Assembly: GCA_964455935.1 (NCBI GenBank)
Contig: CAYVZU010000008.1
Span: 299-64,298 of the forward strand
Direction: 5' to 3'
From: an uncultured Fibrobacterota bacterium
GTDB taxonomy: Bacteria; Fibrobacterota; CAYVZU01
Length of the DNA stretch: 64,000 nucleotides
Positions 9,266 to 19,268 of this stretch are shown piece after piece; within the stretch, counting starts at the first letter, position 1; every line of letters starts with the position of its first letter. The notes under the pieces were generated by a model. The model saw nothing but the letters and a program-made list of their open reading frames with translations, was not told the DNA's origin and ran no database searches. A program made the translations under genes and the position numbers.

Positions 9266-10237
9266 TCAGCAGAATTTGAACAGGTCTGGATTGTCGCGGT
9301 CTTCCCATAGCGCCTTGGTGCGCTGCTGCCATTTTTCCACGCAGATCGTGTTGATCTTTGGATCCTCACGCATCTTCTTTTTCATCTCAGCCAGGATGCG
9401 GTCGAAGACGCCCATGTAGCTCCCCGCCTTCTGTTCGTTTCTCAGGCGCATATGCAGGGCCACAATCGTGTAGATGCTTTGGTACTCGATTTCCTCGGAC
9501 GGCGAGTTGGACAGGCGGAAGGCATCGGAAAAATAGTCGAGCGCTTCCTTGAGCGTCTCTTCGTTGTTGCCGCCCGAGTCACGAAGGATCTGGGCGATCT
9601 TAAGAGAATAGGCGCCCATCTTGTAGTAGGAGTAGGGCGTCTCGTAATAGGCTTCGATTCCCGCGCGCATGATGGCCAGCCGGTAGCTGAGAATGGCCGC
9701 GTCATCCGTACGGGGGCGGCCAAAGAAGCTGGACACATCGGCCACGCTTTTAAGCAGCGCCTTGCGCTCGCCAATGCGTTCCTGAAGCGTAAGAATGACG
9801 TTGGGATTGAGCTGGGACGGCGCATTCTTGGCCGTGGGCGAGGCGCTGACAAAATCTTTTTTATCGACCGAACCCAGCAGGCACCGCGGGCAGATGATCA
9901 CGGCCAGGCGCGAGAAATTGACCGTGCGGTATCCCATGGCGCCCTGGTATAGCGGAACCATGAATTTGTTGAAGGTGACCTGCTGCGACTTGGCCCGGAG
10001 TTCATAGCCCGTGATCTTGTCGAAATTGCAGACCGGGCACTTGACCAAAATCTCATAAACCGGGTCTTCACCGGTCTGTTCTTCTTCACGGAGCTGAAAT
10101 TTCTTGGCGTCTTTAAGCTTCTTGATGTTCTTGATGTCGAGCTTGGGGCCGAACCGCCGGATGTACTCGCTTGTGAGGTTCTCGTCTTCGAGAAGGCTCA
10201 TGAGCCGGCGCTTGACTTCCTGGACATCGATGGGCAT
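9266..10237 (-). CDS. DUF2225-like zinc-ribbon protein
   Basis: CPVCNF...CPRC cysteine pairs and overall similarity to the DUF2225 family, from memory. Confidence 0.55.
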   Translation of the reverse strand: MPIDVQEVKRRLMSLLEDENLTSEYIRRFGPKLDIKNIKKLKDAKKFQLREEEQTGEDPVYEILVKCPVCNFDKITGYELRAKSQQVTFNKFMVPLYQGAMGYRTVNFSRLAVIICPRCLLGSVDKKDFVSASPTAKNAPSQLNPNVILTLQERIGERKALLKSVADVSSFFGRPRTDDAAILSYRLAIMRAGIEAYYETPYSYYKMGAYSLKIAQILRDSGGNNEETLKEALDYFSDAFRLSNSPSEEIEYQSIYTIVALHMRLRNEQKAGSYMGVFDRILAEMKKKMREDPKINTICVEKWQQRTKALWEDRDNPDLFKFC

Positions 10238-10256
10238 GGATTCTCCCGAGAAGCCT

Positions 10257-11606
10257 TCAGTTCCTCTTGTCCAGAGGAGCGTATGACTTTTTTTCCGAAA
10301 CGCTCTTGTAGGCCGGCCGAATGATCTTGCGGCCGCTGATCAGTTCCTCGATGCGGTGCGCCGACCATCCGGCAATCCTCGACATGGCGAAAATGGGCGT
10401 GTAGATCTCCGGCGGGATTCCCAGCATGTCGTATACGAACCCGCTGAAGAAATCCACATTGGCCGAAACCGGGCGGCCCGAACCCTTGATTTTGCGGATC
10501 GCGGCCGGCGCAAGTTCTTCCACGGCCATGTACAGATTCATTTCTTTGATGCGCTCGCCGCCCCGGGCGTTGGCCAGCTCGCCGACTTTCTTCTTGAATA
10601 TGACGGCGCGCGGATCCGACAGGGTGTAGACCGCGTGGCCGATACCGTAGATCAGCCCCGAGCGATCATGGGCTTCCCTGCGCACGAGTTTTTCGAGATA
10701 CGCCGCGACCTCGTCTTTGTCGGCCCAGTCTTTTACATTATCCTTGATGTTGCGCATCATGTCCATGACCTTCTCGTTGGCGCCGCCGTGCTTGGGGCCC
10801 TTTAGCGAGCCAATGGCCGCAGCAACGGCCGAATAGGTGTCGGTGTGGGTCGACGAAACCACATGAACGGTGAAGCTCGAGTTGTTTCCGCCGCCGTGCT
10901 CGGCGTGAAGGACCAGGGCGAGATCGAGGACCTCCGCTTCCAAGCGGTTGAATGTCTCATTGAGCCGGATCAGGTGCAGGAAGTTCTCGGCCAGGCAGAA
11001 TTCCTTTTTGGGCAGCCGGATATGGAGCGTCTTCTTGCGGAAATAGTGCTGCAGGGCTTGGTAAGCGTAGGCGATCAGCACCGGGAATTGCGAGCAAAGC
11101 CGGATGCACTGGTCCAGCACGTTTTCGATGCTCAGATCGTCGGGATTGGGATCGTAGGAATAGAGCGCGAGCACGCTGCGCGCCAGCTTGTTCATAATGT
11201 TGTTCGAGGGGGCGCTCATGATCATGTCTTCGTTGAATCGATGCGGCAGATCCATGGAGTTCTTGATCAAGTCGCAGAACTGGGTCAGCCGTTCGGCCGT
11301 GGGCAGTTTTCCAAACAGGAGAAGATATATCACTTCTTCAAAGCCGAACCGCTTCTCGCTCTGAAAGCCGTTGACCAGTTCCTTGATATCATAGCCACGG
11401 TAGGACAATTGGCCGTCGGCCGGGGTGACATCTTTTTCCACCACCACAAAACCGTGCACGTTGCCCACTTCGGTAAGGCCAACCAGCACTCCGCTCCCAT
11501 CCTGGTTGCGCAAGCCCCGCTTCACGTCATAGCGCTCGTAGAATTTTTCCGAAATGGGGCCGCGGTCCAGAATTTCCTGGGACAGATCTCGTATTACTTT
11601 CTCCAT
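10257..11606 (-). CDS. gltA: Citrate synthase
   Basis: Hallmark motifs HAEHGGGN and GIGHAVY, and the right length (449 aa). Confidence 0.95.
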   Translation of the reverse strand: MEKVIRDLSQEILDRGPISEKFYERYDVKRGLRNQDGSGVLVGLTEVGNVHGFVVVEKDVTPADGQLSYRGYDIKELVNGFQSEKRFGFEEVIYLLLFGKLPTAERLTQFCDLIKNSMDLPHRFNEDMIMSAPSNNIMNKLARSVLALYSYDPNPDDLSIENVLDQCIRLCSQFPVLIAYAYQALQHYFRKKTLHIRLPKKEFCLAENFLHLIRLNETFNRLEAEVLDLALVLHAEHGGGNNSSFTVHVVSSTHTDTYSAVAAAIGSLKGPKHGGANEKVMDMMRNIKDNVKDWADKDEVAAYLEKLVRREAHDRSGLIYGIGHAVYTLSDPRAVIFKKKVGELANARGGERIKEMNLYMAVEELAPAAIRKIKGSGRPVSANVDFFSGFVYDMLGIPPEIYTPIFAMSRIAGWSAHRIEELISGRKIIRPAYKSVSEKKSYAPLDKRN

Positions 11607-11743
11607 TCAATCCTCTTGGCTCTCGGGCGGTTCTAAAAACATTGCACAATGTAGTCCTTAGAAAATAGAAAGTTCCATTCGAATTGTCTATAGAGTGTTC
11701 CAGGAGTTTCCGGACCCGAGGAGGCTGGAGACCGTGCGATTTC

Positions 11744-13978
11744 TTATTCGAAGCGGACTTTTCCGTTGGTCTGAATCAGAAACCGTTTGTCCCAGATAAC
11801 GTCCGGGCCCAACGTGATCTGAAGGGTGTGCGAGGTCTTGTCGAGATCCAGCAGCATCACCGTATTGCGCGTGAGCACGGGCAGCAGCAGCTCCCCGTCG
11901 ATGCGCGCCCAGTGCGGGTTCTGCTCCTTGATGCTGTCGGGCAGAACGATGCGCGCGGCCCTAAAATCCGGGTTTTTCCGGAAGCTGAGGGCAAGGCCCG
12001 CGGAGATGGCGTACGCGGCGTACTCGTTATACCCGTTGCTGGTGTCGGGCAGAAGGATTCCCGAGACGGAAACGCGCAGGGCCGGGCAGGGCGTCTGCTG
12101 CAGGAACGTGTTCGAATAGGGCAGGGGCCCTTTGCAGCGGGCCAAACCCAGCACGGAAACGGCGGCGCGCGAAACGGCCTGGCCGATCTGCCGGGCCGGC
12201 TCGCTTGCGGCATAATGGTAGATGCGGCAGGCCGGGTCTTTGAGCGAATCGTGTCCTATCGACATCGCGAGGTCGAATTCCCGCTCCAGGGACTGCTCGA
12301 CTCGCTGGAATGGTGTGCGGGTCTGGTTTCCCATGCGGGTGAAGTGGACCTCGGCGCCGGCAAGAGCAAGAAAATGGGCCAGCCGTCGCGCAAACCGCAT
12401 GTTCTGGTCCGCCGCGCGGATCTTCCAGGGGCTTTTGGTTCCGCTTGCCTCGCCGCCGAACTCCGGGTCCAGCAGAATGCGCCGGCCCAAAAGAGCGCCC
12501 TGGTGAAAAGCCGCCATGGGCGTCTGCGTGCTTTCGGGACAAAAGGCGGTTTCGCGAAACCCGGGCCTGGAAAACCGGGGCCGGCCGCTCTCGACCGGAG
12601 CCCAAAAGAACCCGTTGGGGTCGGTCCGGGTCTGCGGTATGCGGAGCTCCGAGAGGACCTGCGCGTCCCCAATCCCGGCTCCGGTGGCCGCGTTGCACAC
12701 AAAACCCGAGTGGTAGCGCAGTGCGCGTTCGCCGGCCACGGCGACACTGTCGGCCAGGGATTCGGCCATGACCGACACCAGGACCGGCTTCAGGGAATCG
12801 GCCCTCCAGTAGTTAAGGGCCTGCCCTGCCTTCGTGACCGTTGAATCATAACGCAACCGGCCTCTTGATGCGCGAAACGAGACCTTGTATCCGTCGGCCA
12901 CCGGCCGGTGCAGCGAATCGCACAGATCGGCGGCCACCCGGACCCATTGACCCGGGCGGAACACCGGCGGGTCCGCGCGCAGGCGCAGAGACGCGGGCCG
13001 CAGATCGACCTTAAAGCGGACCGTGCGCAGGACCGAAAAAGCCATGCTGCGCGAGACCAGTTGAACCGATGCGCTGTGCCAGCCGTTCGACAGGGGAGCG
13101 GCGGGCCGAAACGAAAGGAAGTTTTGTTCCACCAGCGGCGCGGCCGGCGTCCCGTCGATAAAACAGGCGGCGCCCCGCGCCGCCGCGAAATCCGTTCCGG
13201 GTTGAAGCCGGGCCACGATCAGCGGATCGGCATGGGGCAAAACCTGTTCCGAAGGCAGAATGTCGACGATCCGGGCCGCTTCCATGGAAAAGAATTGGAC
13301 AATCCCCTGCAGGTAGGCCCGTGCCTCGGTTTCCACGGCCGCCCAGGTCCCCAGAATCATCTCCTGATCCGGATGGGAAATGTAGCTGGGTTCACCCAGC
13401 AGGGCCGGGCCGCGGCTGTTGCGCAGGACAAAGTAATTGCCCGGCACGATTTCCTCGGGTTCGATTTTCAGGTTGCGGGCCAGGGCGCGGTGAATGCTTG
13501 CGGCGGCCTCGAACGAGGCGCCCGGGTCGTGCATGGCGTAGAATGTCTTTGTGTCGTTGATCGCGCGGTTCTCGGTCGCATTGTGGTGAATCGAGATGAA
13601 GAGGTCCGCTGCGGCCATGTTTGCCCGCCGCATCCGCTCGATAAGGTCCGCCTTCAGGTTGCGTCCGCGGGCCGCGTCCATGAGAAAGTCGCGGTCCTGC
13701 CAACGCGTCAGCACGGGTTGCGCGCCCATGGAATCGAGCAGGCAAAAGAGGCGCCAGGCCACCGCCAGGTTCAGGTCTTTTTCCAAAAGTCCGTTCTGGC
13801 CCACGGCCCCTTTGTATGCGCCGCCGTGGCCGGGGTCCAGCACAATCACCTTTCCCGCGATCGCCTCGGCAGTCAGGGGGAGGGGATCGGCGCCGGAGTA
13901 CCAGGGCACCGTGGAAGGGAGCGGAGGGCATCCACATAGAAACAACGCGCCCGCAAGCAGGCCAACGAACTTCTTCAT
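11744..13978 (-). CDS. N-acetylmuramoyl-L-alanine amidase (two Amidase_3-like domains), lipoprotein
   Basis: Signal peptide with LFLCGC. Carries DPGHGG..SIHHNA motifs and a second LDPEFGG module. Confidence 0.8.
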   Translation of the reverse strand: MKKFVGLLAGALFLCGCPPLPSTVPWYSGADPLPLTAEAIAGKVIVLDPGHGGAYKGAVGQNGLLEKDLNLAVAWRLFCLLDSMGAQPVLTRWQDRDFLMDAARGRNLKADLIERMRRANMAAADLFISIHHNATENRAINDTKTFYAMHDPGASFEAAASIHRALARNLKIEPEEIVPGNYFVLRNSRGPALLGEPSYISHPDQEMILGTWAAVETEARAYLQGIVQFFSMEAARIVDILPSEQVLPHADPLIVARLQPGTDFAAARGAACFIDGTPAAPLVEQNFLSFRPAAPLSNGWHSASVQLVSRSMAFSVLRTVRFKVDLRPASLRLRADPPVFRPGQWVRVAADLCDSLHRPVADGYKVSFRASRGRLRYDSTVTKAGQALNYWRADSLKPVLVSVMAESLADSVAVAGERALRYHSGFVCNAATGAGIGDAQVLSELRIPQTRTDPNGFFWAPVESGRPRFSRPGFRETAFCPESTQTPMAAFHQGALLGRRILLDPEFGGEASGTKSPWKIRAADQNMRFARRLAHFLALAGAEVHFTRMGNQTRTPFQRVEQSLEREFDLAMSIGHDSLKDPACRIYHYAASEPARQIGQAVSRAAVSVLGLARCKGPLPYSNTFLQQTPCPALRVSVSGILLPDTSNGYNEYAAYAISAGLALSFRKNPDFRAARIVLPDSIKEQNPHWARIDGELLLPVLTRNTVMLLDLDKTSHTLQITLGPDVIWDKRFLIQTNGKVRFE

Positions 13979-14250
13979 TGCATTTTAAAATAAGGATTGG
14001 AGTTCCGGGGATGCCAGAGAAGAAGCGCTTGGCAAGAGACGTGGAACGTTTGACGTAAAACGCAAAACCAAGGGGACGCGCCCTCCGCCCACATTCAGTA
14101 TTCCCTCGTCTAACGTCTAACCTTCCAACGTCTTTCCAAGCTTCTTGACCTTCGCCCTGCCGTTCGGCATTTTGGGATTAGAGCCAGCCCTTCGGACCGG
14201 CTCAGCCTTCCTATTGAGTTCCATCCTTTTCCTCTTACAGGAGGGTTCCC

Positions 14251-15072
14251 ATGCTCCGCCCGCGCGTTCTCCTTATCTGCATCGTTGCCCTCGTGATCGC
14301 CTGCCAGACTGTCCCGCTCACGAATCGCAGGCAATTTGTACTGGTTCCGGAATCCAGTATCCTCTCCATGAGCTACGAACAATACGGCGAGTTTATGCAG
14401 CAGAGCCGGGTGGTTGCCGGCACGCCGGAAGCGAACCTGGTGAAATCCGTGGGAGGCAATATCGCCCGGGCGGTCGAGACCTATTTCAAGCAGAACCACA
14501 TGGCCGACCGGCTAAGCGGCTATGCCTGGGAATTCAACCTGATCAACGACACAACCGTGAATGCCTGGTGCATGCCGGGCGGCAAAGTGGCTGTTTATAC
14601 GGGAATTCTGCCGTATGCGCAAAACGAGCCCGGATTGGCGGCCATTGTGGGGCACGAAGTGGCGCATGCCGTGGCGCGGCATGCCAACGAGCGCCTTAGC
14701 CAGATGCTGACGCTCCAGCTTGGGGGAATGGCACTTGGCGAAGCGCTGGCCAGCAGACCCGCCCAGACGCGCCAGCTTGCCGCCACCGCCTTCGGGATTG
14801 GGGCGCAGGTGGGTGTCATTCTGCCATACAGCCGCACGCAGGAGACCGAGTCGGACCGGCTTGGCCTGATTTTCATGGCCATGGCCGGATACGACCCAAA
14901 CCAGGCACTTACGTTCTGGCAACGAATGGCCGACCGCAAAACGCCCAAGCCCCCGGAATTTCTCAGCACGCACCCGGCCGACGAAACGCGGATTCGCAAT
15001 CTTCGCAAATACATGCCCGAAGCCAAGCGTTACTACCGCCCCAAACAATCGGCGTCAAAACAATGCAGATAA
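14251..15072 (+). CDS. M48 family zinc metallopeptidase, lipoprotein
   Basis: HEVAHAV (HExxH) motif. Signal peptide with a VIAC lipobox. Confidence 0.85.
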   Translation: MLRPRVLLICIVALVIACQTVPLTNRRQFVLVPESSILSMSYEQYGEFMQQSRVVAGTPEANLVKSVGGNIARAVETYFKQNHMADRLSGYAWEFNLINDTTVNAWCMPGGKVAVYTGILPYAQNEPGLAAIVGHEVAHAVARHANERLSQMLTLQLGGMALGEALASRPAQTRQLAATAFGIGAQVGVILPYSRTQETESDRLGLIFMAMAGYDPNQALTFWQRMADRKTPKPPEFLSTHPADETRIRNLRKYMPEAKRYYRPKQSASKQCR

Positions 15073-15248
15073 GGTGAATGGAAAGTGACTACTCAGGTCT
15101 CACGGAAGGACCTTGAAACCACCGAGATCACAGAGGGAAGACAAGAGAAAACACAGAGAGGAGTCTTTGCCGGCACAATCCTGCGCCAAAAAGATCTCAC
15201 TCTTCTCTGTGCTCTCCTTCTCCGACCTCGGTGTTCTCTGTGGTTGTG
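15073..15248. repeat. Degenerate copy of the CACAGAG / TTCACCAC repeat family
   Basis: Shares GGTGAATGG..CACAGAGGGAAGACAAGAG..CTCTGTGG blocks with the copies at 20835..20973 and 42523..42675. Confidence 0.4.
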
Positions 15249-15288
15249 CCTTCGCTTGATGAGCGGGAGCAGTTACAATGGAAAGACG

Positions 15289-15795
15289 TCAACTGCCAAC
15301 TTTTTGATCGGGCGGTTCGTCCCTGGGGGGAGCGAGACGGTGGGGATGACCGTGTTTGAGTTTTCGCACATAGGCTTCGGCCAGAAGCCGAATCGCGGCG
15401 TAGCTGGCGACCGAAAGCAGAAGGGCAAGAATGCTGATGCCCACCAGAAATTTCTGGGTGAAGTGGAAAATGCGGCTGAACAGCGTAATGTCGACATCGA
15501 CCGACGGCGTATTTGAAAACAGGAATCCGCCGATTTTTAGGCTGGGCGGAATCAGCGAGGCTGTAAACAGAGGATTCCAGAAGAAGATGGCCGCAAAAAG
15601 GGAAATTCGGTTCACCTTGCGAAAGACCACTGCGATCAGAAGCCCCAGCAGCAGGTTGAACCCGGGCGTGGGCATAATGGCGATGAAGCTGCCAATGGCA
15701 AATCCCAGGGCAATGGAATGCGGCGACCCGCCGGACCGCAGGACTTCCACAACCCGCCTGCGTATTGCCCTCAGCCATGTCCTGGTTCTGTTCAT
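15289..15795 (-). CDS. DUF2062-like membrane protein
   Basis: N-terminal RRR..L..GGSPHSIALGFAIGSFIAIMPTPG motif and TM helices. Confidence 0.55.
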   Translation of the reverse strand: MNRTRTWLRAIRRRVVEVLRSGGSPHSIALGFAIGSFIAIMPTPGFNLLLGLLIAVVFRKVNRISLFAAIFFWNPLFTASLIPPSLKIGGFLFSNTPSVDVDITLFSRIFHFTQKFLVGISILALLLSVASYAAIRLLAEAYVRKLKHGHPHRLAPPRDEPPDQKVGS

Positions 15796-15981
15796 TTAAT
15801 TACCTTCTTAACATCCTGTTTCGGGCATTCGGGAGCGGAAATCGGACGAGGACGGTGGCCACACACCTTCCGCATCCCGGTCTAGCGGGGGAACGGACGT
15901 GTCAAATATACCATATTGCGTGGCCCCGGCCGATGCCGGCGGCCGCTACCGCGCGCGGAATATGGAAGGTACATCTCCACA

Positions 15982-18036
15982 ATGACGGTCCAATCGGAAT
16001 TTTCTCTTCCCCTGGGTGCCGCAACAGGGCCCGAAGGCACGAACTTTTCGCTTTTTTCCGGGCAAGCCGAAAAAGCGGAGTTGTTGCTGTTTGACGACCC
16101 TGGTGACGCAGAGCCCTCGTCCATCGTGGAATTGCAGAAGTCAGCCGGTCCGGTTTGGCACGCGCATGTGCCCGAAGCCGGCCCGGGGCAATTGTACGCA
16201 TTCCGCATTCATGGACCTTTCGATCCCGATAAGGGCCGGTGGTGCAACCCGCACAAGGCCGTGTTGGATCCCTACGCCAGGGCGATCACCGGCGATGTCC
16301 TGTGGAATGACGCACTGTATTCCTTCCGCCGCCCCCGGAACGGACCCGCCTGGGAGAAGGATGACCGGGATTCGGCCGCTTATCTTCCCAAATGTGTGGT
16401 GGTCGATACGACATTCGATTGGGAAGGAGATTCTCCGCCCGGCATTCCCTGGGACCGGACCGTCATCTATGAAACGCACATCAAAAATTTCACCGCAAAA
16501 CTACCGGGGCTGGATCCGAGCCTTCGGGGCACCTACGCGGCAATGGGATCGCCGAAAGCCCTGGGCCATCTCAGAAAACTCGGCGTAACCGCAATCGAAC
16601 TGCTGCCCGTTCAGCAGCATTTCGACGAATCGGTTTTGGCCGAGCGGGGCCTGCAAAACGCGTGGGGCTATTCGACAATCGGCTTCTTTGCCCCGGATTT
16701 TCGGTACTCGGGTTCGGGCAGCCTGGGCGGTCAGGTGGCCGAGTTTAAACGAATGGTAAAGGCGCTTCACGCCGCCGGGATCGAGGTCATTCTCGACGTG
16801 GTCTACAATCACACACCCGAAGGAAACCAGGAGGGCCCGGTCTTCTGCTTTAAGGGAATCGACGCTGCCGCGTATTATGCCATGGATGAATCCGGCCGCT
16901 TTCTTGATGTGACCGGAACGGGCAATACGCTGGCAATTGAGAATTCATGGACCCGACGGCTTGTGCTCGACAGCCTTCGCTACTGGGCAGGCGAAATGCG
17001 CGTGGACGGATTTCGGTTCGATCTTGCCGTAACGCTGGGACGCGAAAAGGGACAATTCAACAGCCGGTCCGCTTTCTTCCGGGAACTGGCGCAAGATCGC
17101 GTGCTCTCGCGGGTAAAAATAATCGCCGAGCCCTGGGACATCGCGGCTGACGGGTATCAGGTCGGCCATTTTCCCGCACCCTGGAGGGAATGGAACGATC
17201 AATTTCGCGACGGCCTTCGCCGCTTCTGGAACGGCTTTGAACCGGATGCGCAAGCCCTGCGGAAACGAATGACGGGATCGCCCGACCTGTTTCCCCCCAG
17301 CCTGCGCCATCCGGAGACAAGCGTCAATTTCGTAACGTGTCATGACGGGTTCACTCTCAACGACCTGGTCAGCTATAACGAAAAACACAACCAGGCTAAT
17401 CTGGAGGAGAACAAGGACGGCTCCGCGGTCAACTACAGCTGGAACTGCGGGGTCGAGGGTCCCTCCAACGATGCGAACATCAAGGCTCTCCGCTTTCGGC
17501 AAATGAAGAATTTTCTGGCCTCTCTGCTATTGGCGCGCGGGATTCCCATGCTTAGCGGAGGCGACGAAATCGCGCGGTCTCAGAACGGAAACAACAATGC
17601 CTACTGCCAGGATAACGAGACGACCCGTTTCCATTGGGACCTCGACTCGGAACGCAAGGACCTGCTGCGTTTCACGCGTCGTCTTATTGAACTGCGGCGG
17701 CGCGTTTCCCCGCTTGCCGAAAACACCGAAGTTTTGCAATGGTCGTTGCTCGATGCGCCCAGCCCCGCCGAATCGAACAACAAGGCCGCTCTGGGTCTGG
17801 CCTGGATAAATACCTCTGGCAGCCGGTACGCGCTGCTGATGAACGGGTCCAAGAATTCCGTGCAATTCGAATTGCCTGCGCCAGTCAGGGATTGGAGGAT
17901 CCTGCTATCCAGTCTTAAGAAGGTTCGTGCTCCCCGGTCTGCCGGGAATTCCTTCAGGCTGGAAGCGCATGCGCTGGCGCTTCTCCAGGCAAAGCTACCG
18001 GTAGTATCGGATACCGGCGGATCAGCACCCAGCTAA
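15982..18036 (+). CDS. glgX: Glycogen debranching enzyme GlgX (GH13)
   Basis: N-terminal CBM48-like region. Catalytic blocks match GlgX, including VILDVVYNHT, GFRFDLA and EPWD. Confidence 0.9.
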   Translation: MTVQSEFSLPLGAATGPEGTNFSLFSGQAEKAELLLFDDPGDAEPSSIVELQKSAGPVWHAHVPEAGPGQLYAFRIHGPFDPDKGRWCNPHKAVLDPYARAITGDVLWNDALYSFRRPRNGPAWEKDDRDSAAYLPKCVVVDTTFDWEGDSPPGIPWDRTVIYETHIKNFTAKLPGLDPSLRGTYAAMGSPKALGHLRKLGVTAIELLPVQQHFDESVLAERGLQNAWGYSTIGFFAPDFRYSGSGSLGGQVAEFKRMVKALHAAGIEVILDVVYNHTPEGNQEGPVFCFKGIDAAAYYAMDESGRFLDVTGTGNTLAIENSWTRRLVLDSLRYWAGEMRVDGFRFDLAVTLGREKGQFNSRSAFFRELAQDRVLSRVKIIAEPWDIAADGYQVGHFPAPWREWNDQFRDGLRRFWNGFEPDAQALRKRMTGSPDLFPPSLRHPETSVNFVTCHDGFTLNDLVSYNEKHNQANLEENKDGSAVNYSWNCGVEGPSNDANIKALRFRQMKNFLASLLLARGIPMLSGGDEIARSQNGNNNAYCQDNETTRFHWDLDSERKDLLRFTRRLIELRRRVSPLAENTEVLQWSLLDAPSPAESNNKAALGLAWINTSGSRYALLMNGSKNSVQFELPAPVRDWRILLSSLKKVRAPRSAGNSFRLEAHALALLQAKLPVVSDTGGSAPS

Positions 18037-18238
18037 TCGTGAGCCGGTAGGCAACTTAACGCTATTTAACCTAAATCTGGTATCTTTTTTGCGGTCTCAT
18101 GTGTTCCAGCAAGGGATATATCTGACGTAATACCCGCCTTTAAGCCTGCCGATATCCTTATTAGAGAGTAGATTTATAATAAGGGGCGTTCGGGAATAGG
18201 TTTCCTGTGGCGCCCCCAAAGAGCAAAGGGGGCCGCCA

Positions 18239-18982
18239 ATGCTCAATTACCACGATCTGGCCACTCACGAGAACGAGCTCAGCGATGATTACCTGCTTCA
18301 TTGTCTTCTGCGAGCCCGCGTCGAGACCCACCATGAAACCGAAGAGGACGAAGACGTTAATGTTTATCTCGTGAACCTGCTTGGCCAGTACATGCGGGCC
18401 GAGTTCGTGGATCATGTCGGCGAGTACCTCTCAAAGTTCGATACCGTGATCTCGGAAAAGGTGCGCCAGCACAATGACACCGTCTATACCTATTATACCT
18501 ACAAGGCCAACGCGGATTTTTATCTTCTGGGCCTGAGCATCTTTGGCGGGCTCGAAAACAAGCGGGTGCCCGAAGCGCTGCGCCTGACCGAAAAGAACTT
18601 CGCCGACAGAGGCAAAGCCTATTACTCTTTTGCCGCCGATCTGAACCGGCAGGTCTTTCACAAAGTGACGGCCGTCTGCGGAATTTTGGCGAAATTGTCC
18701 AAATCCTTTCCCGTTTACCTCGAGGTCCTTCATCATGTCAAAGACCGATACTTTCATATCGAGGATCGGGTCATGAGCGAGGGCGAATGGTTCCACCTCG
18801 AACGGGAAATCAACCACGAGTCCGACAAGGTTCTTTTCAAGGAGAAGATCGACGTTCTTCTGGACCTCTACTCCTCATATCAAAAAGAGCCCGATCCCCA
18901 TACGCGCAAGCGGATTTTGGAGCTTGTGGCCGAACTCAAATCGCATGATCCCAAATTCGATTTTCCGATCGAGAAGTTATAG
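18239..18982 (+). CDS. Hypothetical protein
   Basis: ORF with TATAAT at about 18174 and a GGGGG RBS. No family recognised. Confidence 0.45.
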   Translation: MLNYHDLATHENELSDDYLLHCLLRARVETHHETEEDEDVNVYLVNLLGQYMRAEFVDHVGEYLSKFDTVISEKVRQHNDTVYTYYTYKANADFYLLGLSIFGGLENKRVPEALRLTEKNFADRGKAYYSFAADLNRQVFHKVTAVCGILAKLSKSFPVYLEVLHHVKDRYFHIEDRVMSEGEWFHLEREINHESDKVLFKEKIDVLLDLYSSYQKEPDPHTRKRILELVAELKSHDPKFDFPIEKL

Positions 18983-19027
18983 CGAATCAAGGGCGAAAGG
19001 AAGGAATGCTCTTCCGTCAGCTTTTTT

Positions 19028-19232
19028 CCTCTCCCTTCGAAGGGAGAGGATTAAGGTGAGGGTGGAGAATCCCGAAGTTCCTGCCAGAGCAGGTCGTGCA
19101 CAGTTCCATTTCGTAATGCGTCCCAGATGATCCGTTCGGGAATCGTGGCAGCTTTGCGGAGCTTACGCGATGAGGATTGCTCTGTTCTGATGGAACCCCC
19201 TCACCCTACCCTCTCCCGCCGAAGGGTGAGGG
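19028..19232. repeat. Two inverted copies of the 37-bp module CCTCTCCCTTCRAWGGGAGAGG-NNN-AGGTGAGGGTG, flanking 133 bp (family 1, REP/MITE-like)
   Basis: Left copy at 19028..19064. The right copy, as reverse complement, is at 19196..19232. Both sit at convergent gene ends. Confidence 0.6.
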
Positions 19233-19268
19233 ATTTCCGGAGGAAAACGCGTTTTTCTCCAGCCCGAA

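Noticed and set aside
11684-12844. 386-aa plus-strand ORF, plus several others (12027..12698, 12908..13939, 13392..13937)
   Set aside because: Lie entirely antisense or out of frame within the well-supported amidase gene. They are low-complexity Arg/Gly/Pro-rich translations typical of open frames in high-GC DNA.
16945-17502. 185-aa minus-strand ORF inside glgX
   Set aside because: Antisense to a gene with strong GH13 motifs.
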